Assembly (NCBI RefSeq): GCF_006345805.1
Contig: NW_021833421.1
Location: 11,801-75,800 of the forward strand
Direction: 5' to 3'
From: Octopus sinensis
Taxonomy: Eukaryota
Length of the DNA: 64,000 bases
Shown piece by piece: positions 24,311 through 36,415 of this stretch. The notes below the pieces were generated by a model, which had not been told where the DNA came from, ran no database searches, and saw nothing but the letters and a program-made list of their open reading frames with translations. Both the position numbers and the translations under genes were made by a program. Every line of letters starts with the position of its first letter. Position 1 is the first letter of the stretch.

Positions 24311-25113
24311 GTGAATCGGAGGAGAATTCCCTTCCCTAGTAGGAAGTTGCTAAGTTACATGAATATTTAGTCAAACAGCTGTAGGAGGGAGTATTTCTGT
24401 TTTTTTCTTGTTTTCTGAACTGGCTCTAAGTTGTAAATATAATAATTATTAGTATCTGAGCGGTGCGTGTTTTGAGACTGTGACAGTTGCGCCAGACACA
24501 CAAAAGCGTAGTCGAAGCAGAGGCGACTGAGGGGAGTAGGTCAAATACCATTTATTATAAAGAACGCACACAACTACTTCAGATTTATCTGTCTGCAAGG
24601 AAAACGTATGAGCTTGAATAAGGAGTACTAAAACTACGTGAAGGGTGTGTCCGTTGTGGCGATGACTCAGCCATCAGATTTGCGGCCCGAGGCGTTACTT
24701 CTCACCCACGTTTAGACAGACATTCTTTGTCGGTAGACTTTGTGTTACCGTATTCATTGAATTATTTCACACTTTTTTCAAAGTGTTTAAAGTTGTAAAT
24801 TATTTCAGTAAATAAATAACAGCTCTGCACTTCATAGAAACAGTTGTATTTTTTTTGGGGTTTTGCTCCAGGTCTACTTTGATTCAAGCAAATTTACGTT
24901 CAGGAGCATTCCAGCCTCGGCCACCACGTTGCATTTTGTACTGCCTAACGATTATATTATTTAATTTTTCATTTCCGTTTTTCAGGTTAGCAGAATGTGA
25001 TATGACTATTATTTCTAGCAATCACTATTCTGTTTCTACTATTTCTATTTTGACTGCTATTTCTAGCGACCTCGTATAAGTTCCATAGTTAGTTCATCTA
25101 TCACACTGGTGAC

Positions 25114-25114
<1 letters not shown>

Positions 25115-25144
<30 letters not shown>

Positions 25145-25590
25145 TGTATGTATGTATGTATGTATGTATGTATGTATGCATGCATGCATGCATGCATGCA
25201 TGTATGTATGTATGTATGTATGCATGCATGCATGCATGCATGTATGTATGTATGAATGTATGTATGTATATATGTATGTATGTATGCATGCATATACGTA
25301 TGTATGTATGTATGTATGTATGTATGCATGCATGTATGTATGTATATATGTATGTATGTATGTATGTATGCATGCATGTATGTATGTATATATGTATGCA
25401 TGTATGTATGTATGTATGCATGTATGCATGCATATATGTATGTATGTATATATGTATGTATGTATATATATATGCATATGTATGTATGTATGTATGCATG
25501 TGCGTGCGTGCGTGTGTATGTATGTATGCATGTATGTATGTATATAAGTATGTATGCATATATGTATGTATACATGCATGTATGTATGAT
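25115..25590. repeat. (TATG)n/(CATG)n array
   Basis: Seen directly. Confidence 0.95.
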
Positions 25591-26227
25591 AAATAGCAGA
25601 CCCCATCAAAAAAAAAAGAAGATGCGCAATTTTAACCCCATCTATATAATTATTCTTCTTCATCATAATATTGAACAAAGTTAAAAATCCAAAACCATTT
25701 TGATCTTCATAAAACTATCAATTTGTCTGCTGCTTTTCAATCGTTACATCCGAACCAGTGGTCAAGCAGACGACACAGTTGCAATTTTGTCCGGTAAAGT
25801 TTACACTTGGTCATATTACATCGTGGATTTATGCCTTGCTGGCTGAAAAAAAAATTCAGATACTTCTTTAAAAGACTGAAATTTATCTTAAAACTATTGA
25901 ATTATTTGAAATTTGCAAGTCACTCCACCCACAAAAAAACCCCCACTCACACAAAATAATTCGAGAAATAGGATGGTTGGACCCGAAATGTGCTCAAAAG
26001 ATAATTATCGAGGGCTATAGTTGGAAATATGCTTCTAATCAATAAAAAGAGGTCCGATTAGTAATAATAGTTTTAAATTTTGACACAAGGACAGCTATTT
26101 CTTGCGGGGGATGGTGGCAAGTCGATTGCATCTACCCCAGTAATCGACTGATACTTATTTTATCGACCCAGAAAGGATGAAAAGCGAAGTTAGCCTCGGC
26201 GGAAGGGTCCAGTTAGCAATATCAAAT

Positions 26228-26460
26228 ACGCGGTGAGCTGGTAGAATCATCAGCACGATGGTCAAAATGCTTACCGGCATTTCGTCCGTCTTTACGTTCT
26301 GAGTTCAAATTCCGCCGAGGTCGACTTTGCCTTTCATCCTTTCGGGGTCGATTAAATAAGTGCCAGTTACACACTGGGGTCGATGTAATCGACTTAATCC
26401 GTTTGTCTGTCCTTGTTTGTCCCTTCTGTGTTTAGCCCCCTGTGGGTAGTAAATAATAAG
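26228..26460 (+). mobile_element. Family D SINE
   Basis: Full core and tail tttagccccctgtgggtagt; an opposite-strand older fragment lies at about 26085-26210. Confidence 0.85.
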
Positions 26461-26604
26461 ATATCATATTAATGTCAAACACTCATCGTTTTGCTTCTGT
26501 TGTTGCTGCTGCTGCTGCTGATAATGATGACGATGATGATGACGTATATCATTCATGACTGTGGTGAAGAATTTCGCTTTGCTATCGCGCTTTCTGATTC
26601 CATT

Positions 26605-26965
26605 CCTCTGGATTGCGGCCATGCGGGGGCCACCGCCTTGAGGGTTTTAATCGAAAGGATTGATCCCAGAACTTTTAATTAAATGAAACCTGAAACTTTT
26701 TCTATCAGCTCTTTTGCAAAACCGCTAAATTACAGGGGCGCATTCCCGCCCCCAACACTGGTTGTCAAGCTGTGGTAGACCACAAACATAGACACAAAGT
26801 TGCGTGCACACACACTCACAGGCACATGTAAACCTCGGGCTTCTTTCAGATTCCATCCACCAGATCCATTTACAAGGCCTTGGCCAGTCCGAGTCTATAA
26901 TGAAGACACTTGCCCAAGATGCCAGAACCATGTTATTGGGAAGCAATCTTCTTACCACACAGCCA
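26605..26965 (-). mobile_element. Family A SINE, old degenerate copy
   Basis: gattgcggccatgcgggggccaccgcc...gaagacacttgcccaag...cttaccacacagcca. Confidence 0.7.
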
Positions 26966-27049
26966 CAGAAACATACATATAATATAAATAATCCTCAAAA
27001 AATTAGATCTTGATGGACATTTCATATATGTTATGATAACTACCCGAAT

Positions 27050-27362
27050 GTGGAGGCACATGGCCTAGTGGTTAGAGCAGCGGACTCGCAGTCGAGGGAT
27101 CGCGGGTTCGAATCTCAGACCGGCCGATGTGTGTGTGTTTATGAGCGAAGCACCTAAGCTCCACGCGGCTCCGGCAGAAGGTAATGGCGAACTTCTGCTG
27201 ACCTTTTCGCCACACCTTTCTCTTACTCTTTCCTCCTGCATCTTGCAAGCTCACCTGCGACGGACCGGCGTCCCGTCCAGGTGGGGAACCCATACACCAA
27301 GGAAACCGGGAAACGGCCCTTTTGAGCCAGGCGTGGCTCGAGAAGGAACAAACAACAACAAC
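27050..27362 (+). mobile_element. tRNA-derived SINE, family E (V-domain-like), full length with TSD
   Basis: A box tggcctagtgg, B box ggttcgaatct, cctgcgacggaccggcgtcccgtccagg domain, (AAC)n tail, TSD aactacccgaat. Confidence 0.92.
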
Positions 27363-27714
27363 AACTACCCGAATACATACTTTCAGCGCTTACAAACACT
27401 TGACGTTGAATTGTACTGGCGGTTAATGTTGTTTCGCACTAAATCATTTCTGACTGAACAGACCTGCAATGAAAAGTATTCCAGCGACCATCTCTTTTAT
27501 TCGGCATAGTGCATCCAGGCCGACACTCTAATCTAATGTCCTTTTCCTTTAAGGTACTTACGTGTAAATTGAAGAGATTTGGTTGTTGTTGTAGCAGGCC
27601 CCATAAGAAACCCAACTCATTGGTCATACAGTTATTTGGTTTGTTATGTCCGCAACGTGTGTCTGTCTATAGACAACGGATATAGTGTAATGACAAAGTG
27701 TGTGTAGTGATAAA

Positions 27715-28072
27715 TTCAGGTTTTAAGCCAATGAGACAAATTTACAAATTGGGCCCCGCGCCAAAAGAAGATCCTGCACCAAGAGAGGGTTCCCTGCCAA
27801 GAGAGGGTTCCCTGCCAAGAGAGGGTTCCCTGCCATTAGAGGGTTCCCTGCTAAGAGAGGGTCTCGCGCCAAGAGAGAGTAGCGCGTCAAGAGAGGGTCT
27901 TGCGCAAAGAAAGGGTCGCATGACAAGAGAGGGTTCTGCGCCAAGAGAGGGTTCCGCGCCAAGAGAGGATCCCGTGCACACTCTCGAGTGGAGGACGCAA
28001 TGATGAAATGTTATTATATTATTGTGGCTAAAGTTGAGTATCAATCCCTCAACGCTTTTAGCTGAGACTGGC
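27715..28072. mobile_element. Probable hAT-type MITE with an expanded 18-bp internal minisatellite
   Basis: About 12 units of ccaagagagggttccctg at about 27757-27975, starting from aattgggccccgcgcc, a motif I associate with GC-rich hAT MITE subterminal repeats; termini degenerate. Confidence 0.45.
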
Positions 28073-28894
28073 GTACCTCGCGAAGCATAAAACATCAATC
28101 TTCAGCATTTGTAGAATAGATGACCCCACTGACGATTCTCTAACTGGACCCTGCACTTCCTTGCGCCGGAACATGTTGTATTTCTTGTGTCGCTGGGGTT
28201 TAACTTCATATCATCCCGACCCACTGATTAAAGGTGTTTCAGTTGTGATTATCTGCTCTTTCTTTATGGTATAATGCAATTAAGTCTACATTTAATGGAT
28301 CCCCTCGATATCGACCATAACTAGTCATAGGCTCCATTTTGCTGTATCATGTATCACTGTTCTACGTCTGTTTCAAGCATGTCACTGATGTACACGCAGG
28401 TGGCGAAGAAGGACTCTGATTAACCAAGCTGACTGACTGATTGATTGACCGAACGATTAATGAAACAATAGATTAGCTAATTGACGATTAATGAAACAAT
28501 AGATTAGCTAATTGGTTAAATGGAAAAATAATAATAAAAGAAGTGAAATAGGACCAGTGCATGTGTTCATTATTGGTGTAACGACCCTCCCAAGATACAG
28601 CATTTCGTAATTGTATCTTTATTTCCGGACACCTTACCTATTTCTGTACAGCCAAATTGAAGCAATTTATATTAAAATTGATGTATTGATAGATAAATTG
28701 GATCAATTTATTATTCATTAACTTAGCTGTATTATACTGAACTATTTCCTAAATATTGCCATAAATCTCTGAATTCTTATACCGGAAAGTGAAGACTAAT
28801 AAAAATTTATTCCTGACATTGAGAAGTTACACTTTGAGCTTACCATATTTTCCACTATTGTAAGTCGACGAAATGTATTGTGTAAACATGTATT

Positions 28895-29303
28895 ATTTTA
28901 TTCTTTTACTTGTTTCAGTCATTTGACTGCGGTCATGCTGGAGCACCGCCTTTTAGTCGAACGAATCGACCCCGGGACTTATTCTTTCTAAGCCTACTAC
29001 TTATTCTATCGGTTTCTTGTTGCAGGACTGCTAAGTTACGGGGACATAAACACACCAGCATCGGATGTCAAGCGATGTTGGCAGGAGGGGGACAAACACA
29101 GACACACAAACACACACATATATTTATATACATATATACGACGGACTTCTTTCAGTTTCCGTCTATCAAATCCACTCAGAAGGCTTTGGTCGGCCCGAGG
29201 CTTATAGTAGAAGACACTTGCCCAAAGTGCCATGCAGTGGGACTGAACCCGGAACCATGTGGTTGGTAAGTAAGCTACTTACCACACAGCCACTCCTGCG
29301 CCT
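28895..29303 (-). mobile_element. Family A SINE, full length
   Basis: Collinear with 7964-8371. Confidence 0.92.
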
Positions 29304-29754
29304 ATGTAATGCAAATATATAACGTAATCACTACCATTTTAAATCCTGCAGAATTTCACCTGGAATTTTACGTTCTCCAAAGTCGTCTTGATGTATAAGT
29401 CGATCTACCTTGTCTGGCTGTAAATTTTTGTCCGGAAATGCAACTTGGATGTCAGAAAATACGGAAAAAAACTCCCAAAACAATGAAAATATATTGTAAA
29501 ACAATTTTGCTTGTATAAAGTTTCCTAGCGGTTCGTAGGCACCCTAGCTTTCCGTCTATTATTAAAGCATAAAAGCAAAAGTAAAATCATTTCTACATTG
29601 ATAGGAAAGAAAGTATGTGATAAGAAAAGCCATAGGGGTGTAGACCACAAATGAGATTCATCCCCCGCTGTGCGTATATTTGCGTTTATTTGAGCCATTA
29701 CTCGAGCTGGTGTCAAACTTTCATCCTTAAGCATATATCAAATCCTTATATTCT

Positions 29755-29922
29755 ACGGATTCTAAATTCAAACTGGCCAGATCGGGCCTCTCACAATGTC
29801 ATTCTAAAAACAAACTATCATACCGTCAAAATCCCAAAGGTACAAGAAAACACGTTTATTTCAAGACAATGTGAATAAATAAGAATTACATTTTGCAGAA
29901 TAATGGAAAGATAAAAGGTTAA
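29755..29922. mobile_element. piggyBac-like MITE, degenerate, inverted relative to the 34868 copy
   Basis: Internal aaacaatgtgaataaataag similarity and an aaaaggTTAA end. Confidence 0.5.
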
Positions 29923-29958
29923 AGAAACTGAGTAAAGAGCTTTACAATAAAACTTCAT

Positions 29959-30384
29959 GGATCTTTTCGGTTTGACCGGCAGTTTTTTAAAATAATTTCC
30001 ACGTAACTAAACACTTTTAAACTTCGTATACTGGTAGAATGTGTTTATAAAACATCTTTTTCTCTTGGCTTTATTGAGAAAATTCTATAGTTTGTAAGAT
30101 ATTTGTTGTTGTTTTTCTTCAATTTCTGCAATTTCAACCAATCAATGACGTCTACTGAGGTAAAAATACATTGTGCCGTATGAATATGTCCCTCGTTTAA
30201 GAAACAGATTGGGTTTATTTACATTTGTGAAGAAAAAAAGATACCCTTCCCCCACCCCTAACCCTAACCCTAACTAACCCTAAAACAGATTGAAATGCAA
30301 TAGATTGATACTAGGGTCATAATTATGGGTGACAATTTCATATGACACCGCTAGAAAAAGCTGCCGTTCAAACCGAAAAGATCC
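29959..30384. mobile_element. GGATC-TIR MITE with internal (CCCTAA)n and an 8-bp TSD
   Basis: TSD aacttcat at 29951-29958 and 30385-30392; collinear with 5589-6013. Confidence 0.92.
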
Positions 30385-30504
30385 AACTTCATTGCTTTTT
30401 GGACTTTAAAAACAAGTTCTAACTTTACAGTACCTCAAGCTGACCATTAATAGAGTAGTTGAAACAGTGTTCTGATGTCTTTGGGAGAACTGAGATATGG
30501 ATAT

Positions 30505-31074
30505 TGATTTTAAATTTTAGCACAAAGCCAGAATTTTTTTTACATCGACCCCCCCACCCCCCCAGTGTCCAACTGGTACCTTATTCCATCAATTCTGAAA
30601 GGATGAAAGGCAAAGTCGACCTCGGTGGAATTTGAATTCAGAACGTAGAGGCGGTTGAAATGCCGCTTAGCACTTCGCCCGGGGTGCTAACGATTCTTAT
30701 TTCTTTATTGCCCACAAGGGGCTAAACACAGAAGGGACAAACAAGAACAAACAAAGGGGTTAAGTCGATTATATCAAACCCAGTGCGAAAGGATGAAAGG
30801 CAAAGTCGACCTCGGTGGAATTTGCACTCAGACAAAATACCTATTTCTTTATTACCAACAAGGGGCTAAACATAGAGGGGACAAATAAGGACAGACATAG
30901 GTATTAAGTCGATTATATCGACCCCAGTGCGTAACTGGTACTTAATTTATCGACCTCGAAAGGATGAAAGGCAAAGTCGACCTCGGCGGAATTTGAACTC
31001 AGAATGTAACAGCAGACGAAATACGGCTACGCATTTCGCCCGGCGTGCTAACGATTCTGCCAGCTCGCCGCCTT
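30505..31074 (-). mobile_element. Family D SINE multimer (three cores)
   Basis: Three successive aaggatgaaaggcaaagtcgacctcgg cores; junction aaatacc|tatttc at 30840/30841. Confidence 0.85.
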
Positions 31075-31392
31075 AATCTAATAAATAAATTATTAAATGG
31101 TCTATTGAATCAAAACAGCCAGAGAAAGCTCTTATCTACTCAACTAGGTCCACTATAGTTTAACTATAAAACTAAACCCACTGTAACTTTATACAGTCAA
31201 ATATAGATTCAATGTATTTCAACTGCTAAACGACTGGCTTCTGCAAAGTCTTCATACACAAAATTCTATTCGCAAAACGTTTGGTGAGACTCAGTCTTTT
31301 GTAAAAATAAATAAATAAATAATAACGTGCAATGGAGAGGGATTGAACCCCGAAACAGTTGCGAGACGAAATCCTTCACCCACAACCATAAA

Positions 31393-31472
<80 letters not shown>

Positions 31473-31515
31473 ATACGTACATACACATACATACATACAT
31501 ACATACATACATACA

Positions 31516-31546
<31 letters not shown>

Positions 31547-31548
<2 letters not shown>

Positions 31549-31728
31549 GATAGATCGCTAGCCACTACACATTCTTTATTTTCTCTCCTTGCTTCTCTCT
31601 ATGTTCCTTTCTGTGGAAGAGCGTAGGCTCGAAACGTTAAAGACTGTTTCACTTCCCAAGCCTTATACTAATACATCTGTTTGCTGTCTACACCACCTGT
31701 GTTCGTCTTTTTTTTGTGAATTCTCCCT
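31547..31728 (+). mobile_element. Hammerhead-bearing Penelope-like short element (motif 31606-31643, copy 4)
   Basis: CCTTT-CTGTGGA-A-GAGC(GTAG)GCTC-GAAA-CGT-T-AAAGA; preceded by (TACA)n and followed by (TA)n. Confidence 0.8.
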
Positions 31729-32038
31729 ATATATATATAAATACAAACTGGGACAAGAACGCAAAACATTTAGAAGACGATACAAAAAACACGGACGGGA
31801 CATTCGAAGCCTTCAATCTTCAGTCAAGAACCGGATCATCCTCGCAATTTCGGCTGATATATATATATATATATAGCGCAACACCAAATTTGAATGTAAT
31901 TTCAAATAAAAATTCCCCATAACATCTCTCCATCGCAATCTGCCATATAATCTGTTTATCAGTAAAGGGAGGTCAGCTTCCCTAGAAAATTTTAACCTAA
32001 CAAAGATTGTGCAAAGCCAGGATGAACCCAAATGTTCC

Positions 32039-32083
32039 ACAGTCAGATGATGGCTCAACTAGTCGAAACTTCGAAGTCCCTGT
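32039..32083 (+). ncRNA. Degenerate hammerhead motif of a different family
   Basis: ACAGT-CAGATGA-T-GGCT(CAACT)AGTC-GAAA-CTTCGAAG-TC-CCTGT; one core change (U4 to A), palindromic stem III. Confidence 0.55.
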
Positions 32084-32214
32084 CTGTACTATTCTTGTTA
32101 AAGAACAATGAATTTGTAACCTGCCAAAATTATTCAGCAGTCCTTCAGTTTAAGGTAAAATTGCTTTTATTATAACTTCACATAAAACAAACATCAATAT
32201 ATAATTTTCTCATT

Positions 32215-32245
<31 letters not shown>

Positions 32246-32430
32246 CCATGATCATCATCATCAACATTATCTAATATTAGGCTACCTTACATCTAGTGAT
32301 TTATAAAAGCTAGAACATGCGATGTCACTCAGATTGGGACAAAAAGATAAACTATAAGACCAGTCACTTCACACAATCCATAACCTGCAGTTGGTCGGAC
32401 TAACTGAAAGGCTGAACATGGCTGAGAGAA

Positions 32431-32473
<43 letters not shown>

Positions 32474-32739
32474 ATGTATGTATGTATGTGTGTGTGTGTG
32501 TGTGTATCTAATGCCCCAGCATGACCGCAGTCCAGTGACTGGATAAAAGTAAAGGCTTAAAAGATATATGTCATATCTACTAATCGCTGACCTGTTCACC
32601 ACACTTGACCTCACTCTAGGATGTCTGAACACCAGCCGACATATTTCCATGGGTCACATAGACAAATGAGGCAACACCACACGGCATGGAATGAGTCAGA
32701 ATTGTAGTCTATACCCATCTATTCTTGGTCACGGTGTGT

Positions 32740-32821
<82 letters not shown>

Positions 32822-32826
32822 GTCTA

Positions 32827-32866
<40 letters not shown>

Positions 32867-32881
32867 CCTTTCTGTCTGTCT

Positions 32882-32931
<50 letters not shown>

Positions 32932-32971
32932 GTCTGTCTGTCTGTCTGTCTGTCTACCTTTCTGTCTGTCT

Positions 32972-33069
<98 letters not shown>

Positions 33070-33102
33070 CCTGTCTGTCTGTCTACCTTTCTGTCTGTCT
33101 TT

Positions 33103-33189
<87 letters not shown>

Positions 33190-33190
33190 G
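32740..33190. repeat. (TCTA)n/(TCTG)n array with a three-fold higher-order unit
   Basis: ctacctttctgtctgtcttt recurs three times. Confidence 0.95.
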
Positions 33191-33218
33191 ATAAATAGAC
33201 AGGCAGGCAGACAGGCAG

Positions 33219-33245
<27 letters not shown>

Positions 33246-33250
<5 letters not shown>

Positions 33251-33412
33251 GATCAAAATAAAAATAAAAATAAAACATGAGGCGAAGGATTCAGCGGTAC
33301 ATATGTTTCGGGCCTTTATTAGACAGATTCATAAACAATCATAATGTATGTCTGTGGCCTCCGCTGAATCCTTCGCCTCATGTTTTATTTTTATTTTTAT
33401 TTTGATCAATTT
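33246..33412 (-). mobile_element. Perfect 52-bp inverted repeat enclosing a 5'-truncated hammerhead
   Basis: Arms 33246-33297 and 33361-33412. Minus-strand spacer reads A-GGCC...GGCCC-GAAA-CATATG-TA then CCGCTG; the CUGANG part of the core is absent. Confidence 0.75.
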
Positions 33413-33454
33413 ACTCCACCACCTACACCACCAAACGGTATACACAGGTGCTTA

Positions 33455-33578
<124 letters not shown>

Positions 33579-34269
33579 ATGGATGGATGGATGGATGGAT
33601 AGATACATTAGCTGATGCGTTAGCTTGCTAGCTAGGTAGCTACCTATCTATCAATCTAGCAATTTAACTTGCTAGCTAGATTAAAATATTTAAGTGTATA
33701 AGCGTGTATGTATAGATGCGTGTTTTTACGTCTAATTGTGCGTATGTGCGCCTGCTTAATTCTCTAGACAAATATATGCGAATATATTTCTGCTATTTAT
33801 TGTGTAAGTCTGTTAACACGACAAAACAATGTGATCAGGGGGCGAAAAAGAAACGCCTCTCTTTTTCATTTTTATTATTTGATACTGATTAAGTAACATT
33901 GGAATGGGGAAGAAGAAACGAGCAGAACATTGTTTGTTGGCCTGGAAATTTAAGTTTAGTAGAAAAATTAGCGATACACAGAAGGAAGGGAATGATAAAA
34001 AACGACAGTGATGTTTGCAGACGATAACTGCGTGAGTGTAAAAGTAGGTCGGTAGGTGGTCGCTTATATACACACACACATACACGGGATCTGTGTGCAT
34101 GTATGTATGTGTATATGTATATATGTATGTATGTATGCTTTTATATATGTACACCTACACACGCATATATATATATATATATATGCGCATACAAACACAC
34201 ACACATATATATACACACCCATATTATACATACATATGCATATAGATAGATAGATACATACATATATAT

Positions 34270-34312
<43 letters not shown>

Positions 34313-34867
34313 CACGCTCGCACGCACACACACATACAAACACGCGCAGACACAGACATATATATATATATACACCCGATGCATATAGATACATACATTT
34401 ATAATATATATATATATATATAGACGCGCACGCACACACACATACAAACACACGCAGACACACACATATGCACAAATATAGATTGTGTACTATGATATAC
34501 ATTTGTTATTATAGTAAGGGGAAAAGGCAAAAGAGAGAAAAACAAGGTGGGAGACAGAAGGAGCGGGGTGTGGGGAAAGAAATTATAGCGGGGACGTAGA
34601 CAGAAAGGGATAGGGAAAAGCAGAAAGAATTAGTTTGAATGGCGTCGGGTGGTGAGATTGAGGGGAAAATGAACGGATTAGGAAGAAGAGAATGAATGAG
34701 AATAAGAATGAATTTAAGAATCTAATAAGTTTTTTCACGAATGACTAGAATCTATTGGATCTTCCTCGGGATTTTAGCATCAAGTTGGTGACAGACGACT
34801 TTCTCAGACGATTTTTGCTCTTTCGCAAGCTGCCCTTTTTACCACAAAAGGAAGTGAATTCGATACT

Positions 34868-35099
34868 TTAACTCTTTAACATTCAGATTCCTCAATGAAA
34901 TATAATCCTTATTCATTCCCATTGTTTTCAGTTAATCTTGCATTCTCTCATAACTTCGAGTTTTCCAACGATGTGATTCTTTATTTCTAGAACGACATTG
35001 TAGGATAGGTGTGAGAGGTTGGACCCGACTAGTTTGAACATAAAAAGAAGTTAGAATATATGGGCTGGATTTGGCCTTTTTTAAATGCTAAAGAGTTAA
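34868..35099. mobile_element. piggyBac-like MITE
   Basis: TTAA-ctctttaacatt ... aatgctaaagag-TTAA. Confidence 0.78.
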
Positions 35100-35467
35100 G
35101 CCAACGAAGCATCCATCAATTTTATAGTGTTCCCGCTGCTTATAGTGTAGAATTGATTTCGTGGCTCAGCTCCCGGCGAAAACTGTTTGTTTACAGTTGT
35201 GACCGTTTTAGTATTTATAAAGGGAATGCGTTTTTTAATATATCCTTTCCGTGTAATTATTCTGTTGCAATTTTCCATTCAGCGATACAACATTCATGCT
35301 ATATTTTGTTGTCTAGCTCTAGGACAGCAGTGATTAAGCAGACCAAAAATCGAGCAGACCCAAGATCAAAGAAGTTCCAGTCGTGACCATTCCGTCTTTT
35401 TTGTATACCAAGAGGCTGTATTGATCTAATGTATTCTTTAAGACTGTGGGATTTGATTTGTGGGAAT

Positions 35468-35700
35468 AAATATGTTTCTTTATTACCCACAAGGGGCTAA
35501 ACATAGAGGGGACAAACAAGGACTGACAAAAGGATTAAGTCGATTACATCGACCCCAGTGAGTAACTGGCACTTAATTTATCGACCCCGAAAGGATGAAA
35601 GGCAAAGTCGACCTCGGCGGAATTTGAACTCAGAACGTAACGGCAGACGAAATACGGCTACGCATTTCGCCCGGCGTGCTAACGGTTCTGCCAGCTCGCC
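35468..35700 (-). mobile_element. Family D SINE, young monomer
   Basis: Near-consensus match to the 41777, 48878 and 55095 copies. Confidence 0.9.
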
Positions 35701-36044
35701 AGAGAGGTCGAGATAGGAGGAGTAACGTAGGTGGGAGAGGAGTGGCATTCTGGGTCTTCTGTATAGGCCTGTATAAGATTATAACTTTGGTGACGGGGGA
35801 ACGGCAAACCCAAGGGCTCCGCTTGGTGGCACGCATTTTTCCACGCTACTGCGTAGAAGCTATCTCTCTCGTTAGTTCGTTAAGTGTGTAATTCTTTATT
35901 CCACTTCTGGGGTATTTCTTCAACAGCTAAATGGACTAACTTAAGTATCTTTTCAGACACCCGAGTGACTGTGACACAACGCGAACTGTAAACTCTTCGT
36001 CTACATATACGGCTTCCTATCTGCTCAGCCACTTATGGATCAAG

Positions 36045-36049
<5 letters not shown>

Positions 36050-36088
<39 letters not shown>

Positions 36089-36154
36089 TGTGAAAAAAGA
36101 AATAAGGGAAACAAAGAGAGCAAAGAGAGAGAGAGAGAGCGAGAGAGAGAGAGA

Positions 36155-36199
<45 letters not shown>

Positions 36200-36415
36200 C
36201 GAGAGAGAGAGCGAGAGAGAGAGAGAGTGTGAGAGAGAGAGAACGTGAGAGAGGGAGAGAGCGAGAGCGAGAGAGAGAGTGTGTGTGTGAGAGAGCGGGA
36301 GAGAGAGAGCGAGAGAGAGAGTGTGTGTGAGAGAGAGAGAACGAGAGAGAGGGAGAGAGAGAGGTTGTGAAAAAAGAAATAAGGGAAACAAAGAGAGCAA
36401 GAGAGAGAGAGAGAA
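36050..36415. repeat. (GA)n/(GT)n tract with a duplicated ~40-bp block
   Basis: gaggttgtgaaaaaagaaataagggaaacaaagagagcaa at about 36084 and 36361. Confidence 0.9.

Noticed and set aside
24940-25075. Strong splice acceptor (ctaac...ttttcAG at 24985)
   Set aside because: No convincing donor; downstream sequence resembles a degenerate repeat (gactgctatttctagc).
27050-27125. tRNA-like heads with A/B boxes (also 2880-2952, 12983, 39100-39175, 50090)
   Set aside because: They run into SINE bodies with tails and TSDs and lack a complete cloverleaf, so they are not tRNA genes.
28453-28514. Perfect 31-bp tandem duplication
   Set aside because: Real but ordinary local slippage, with no further structure.
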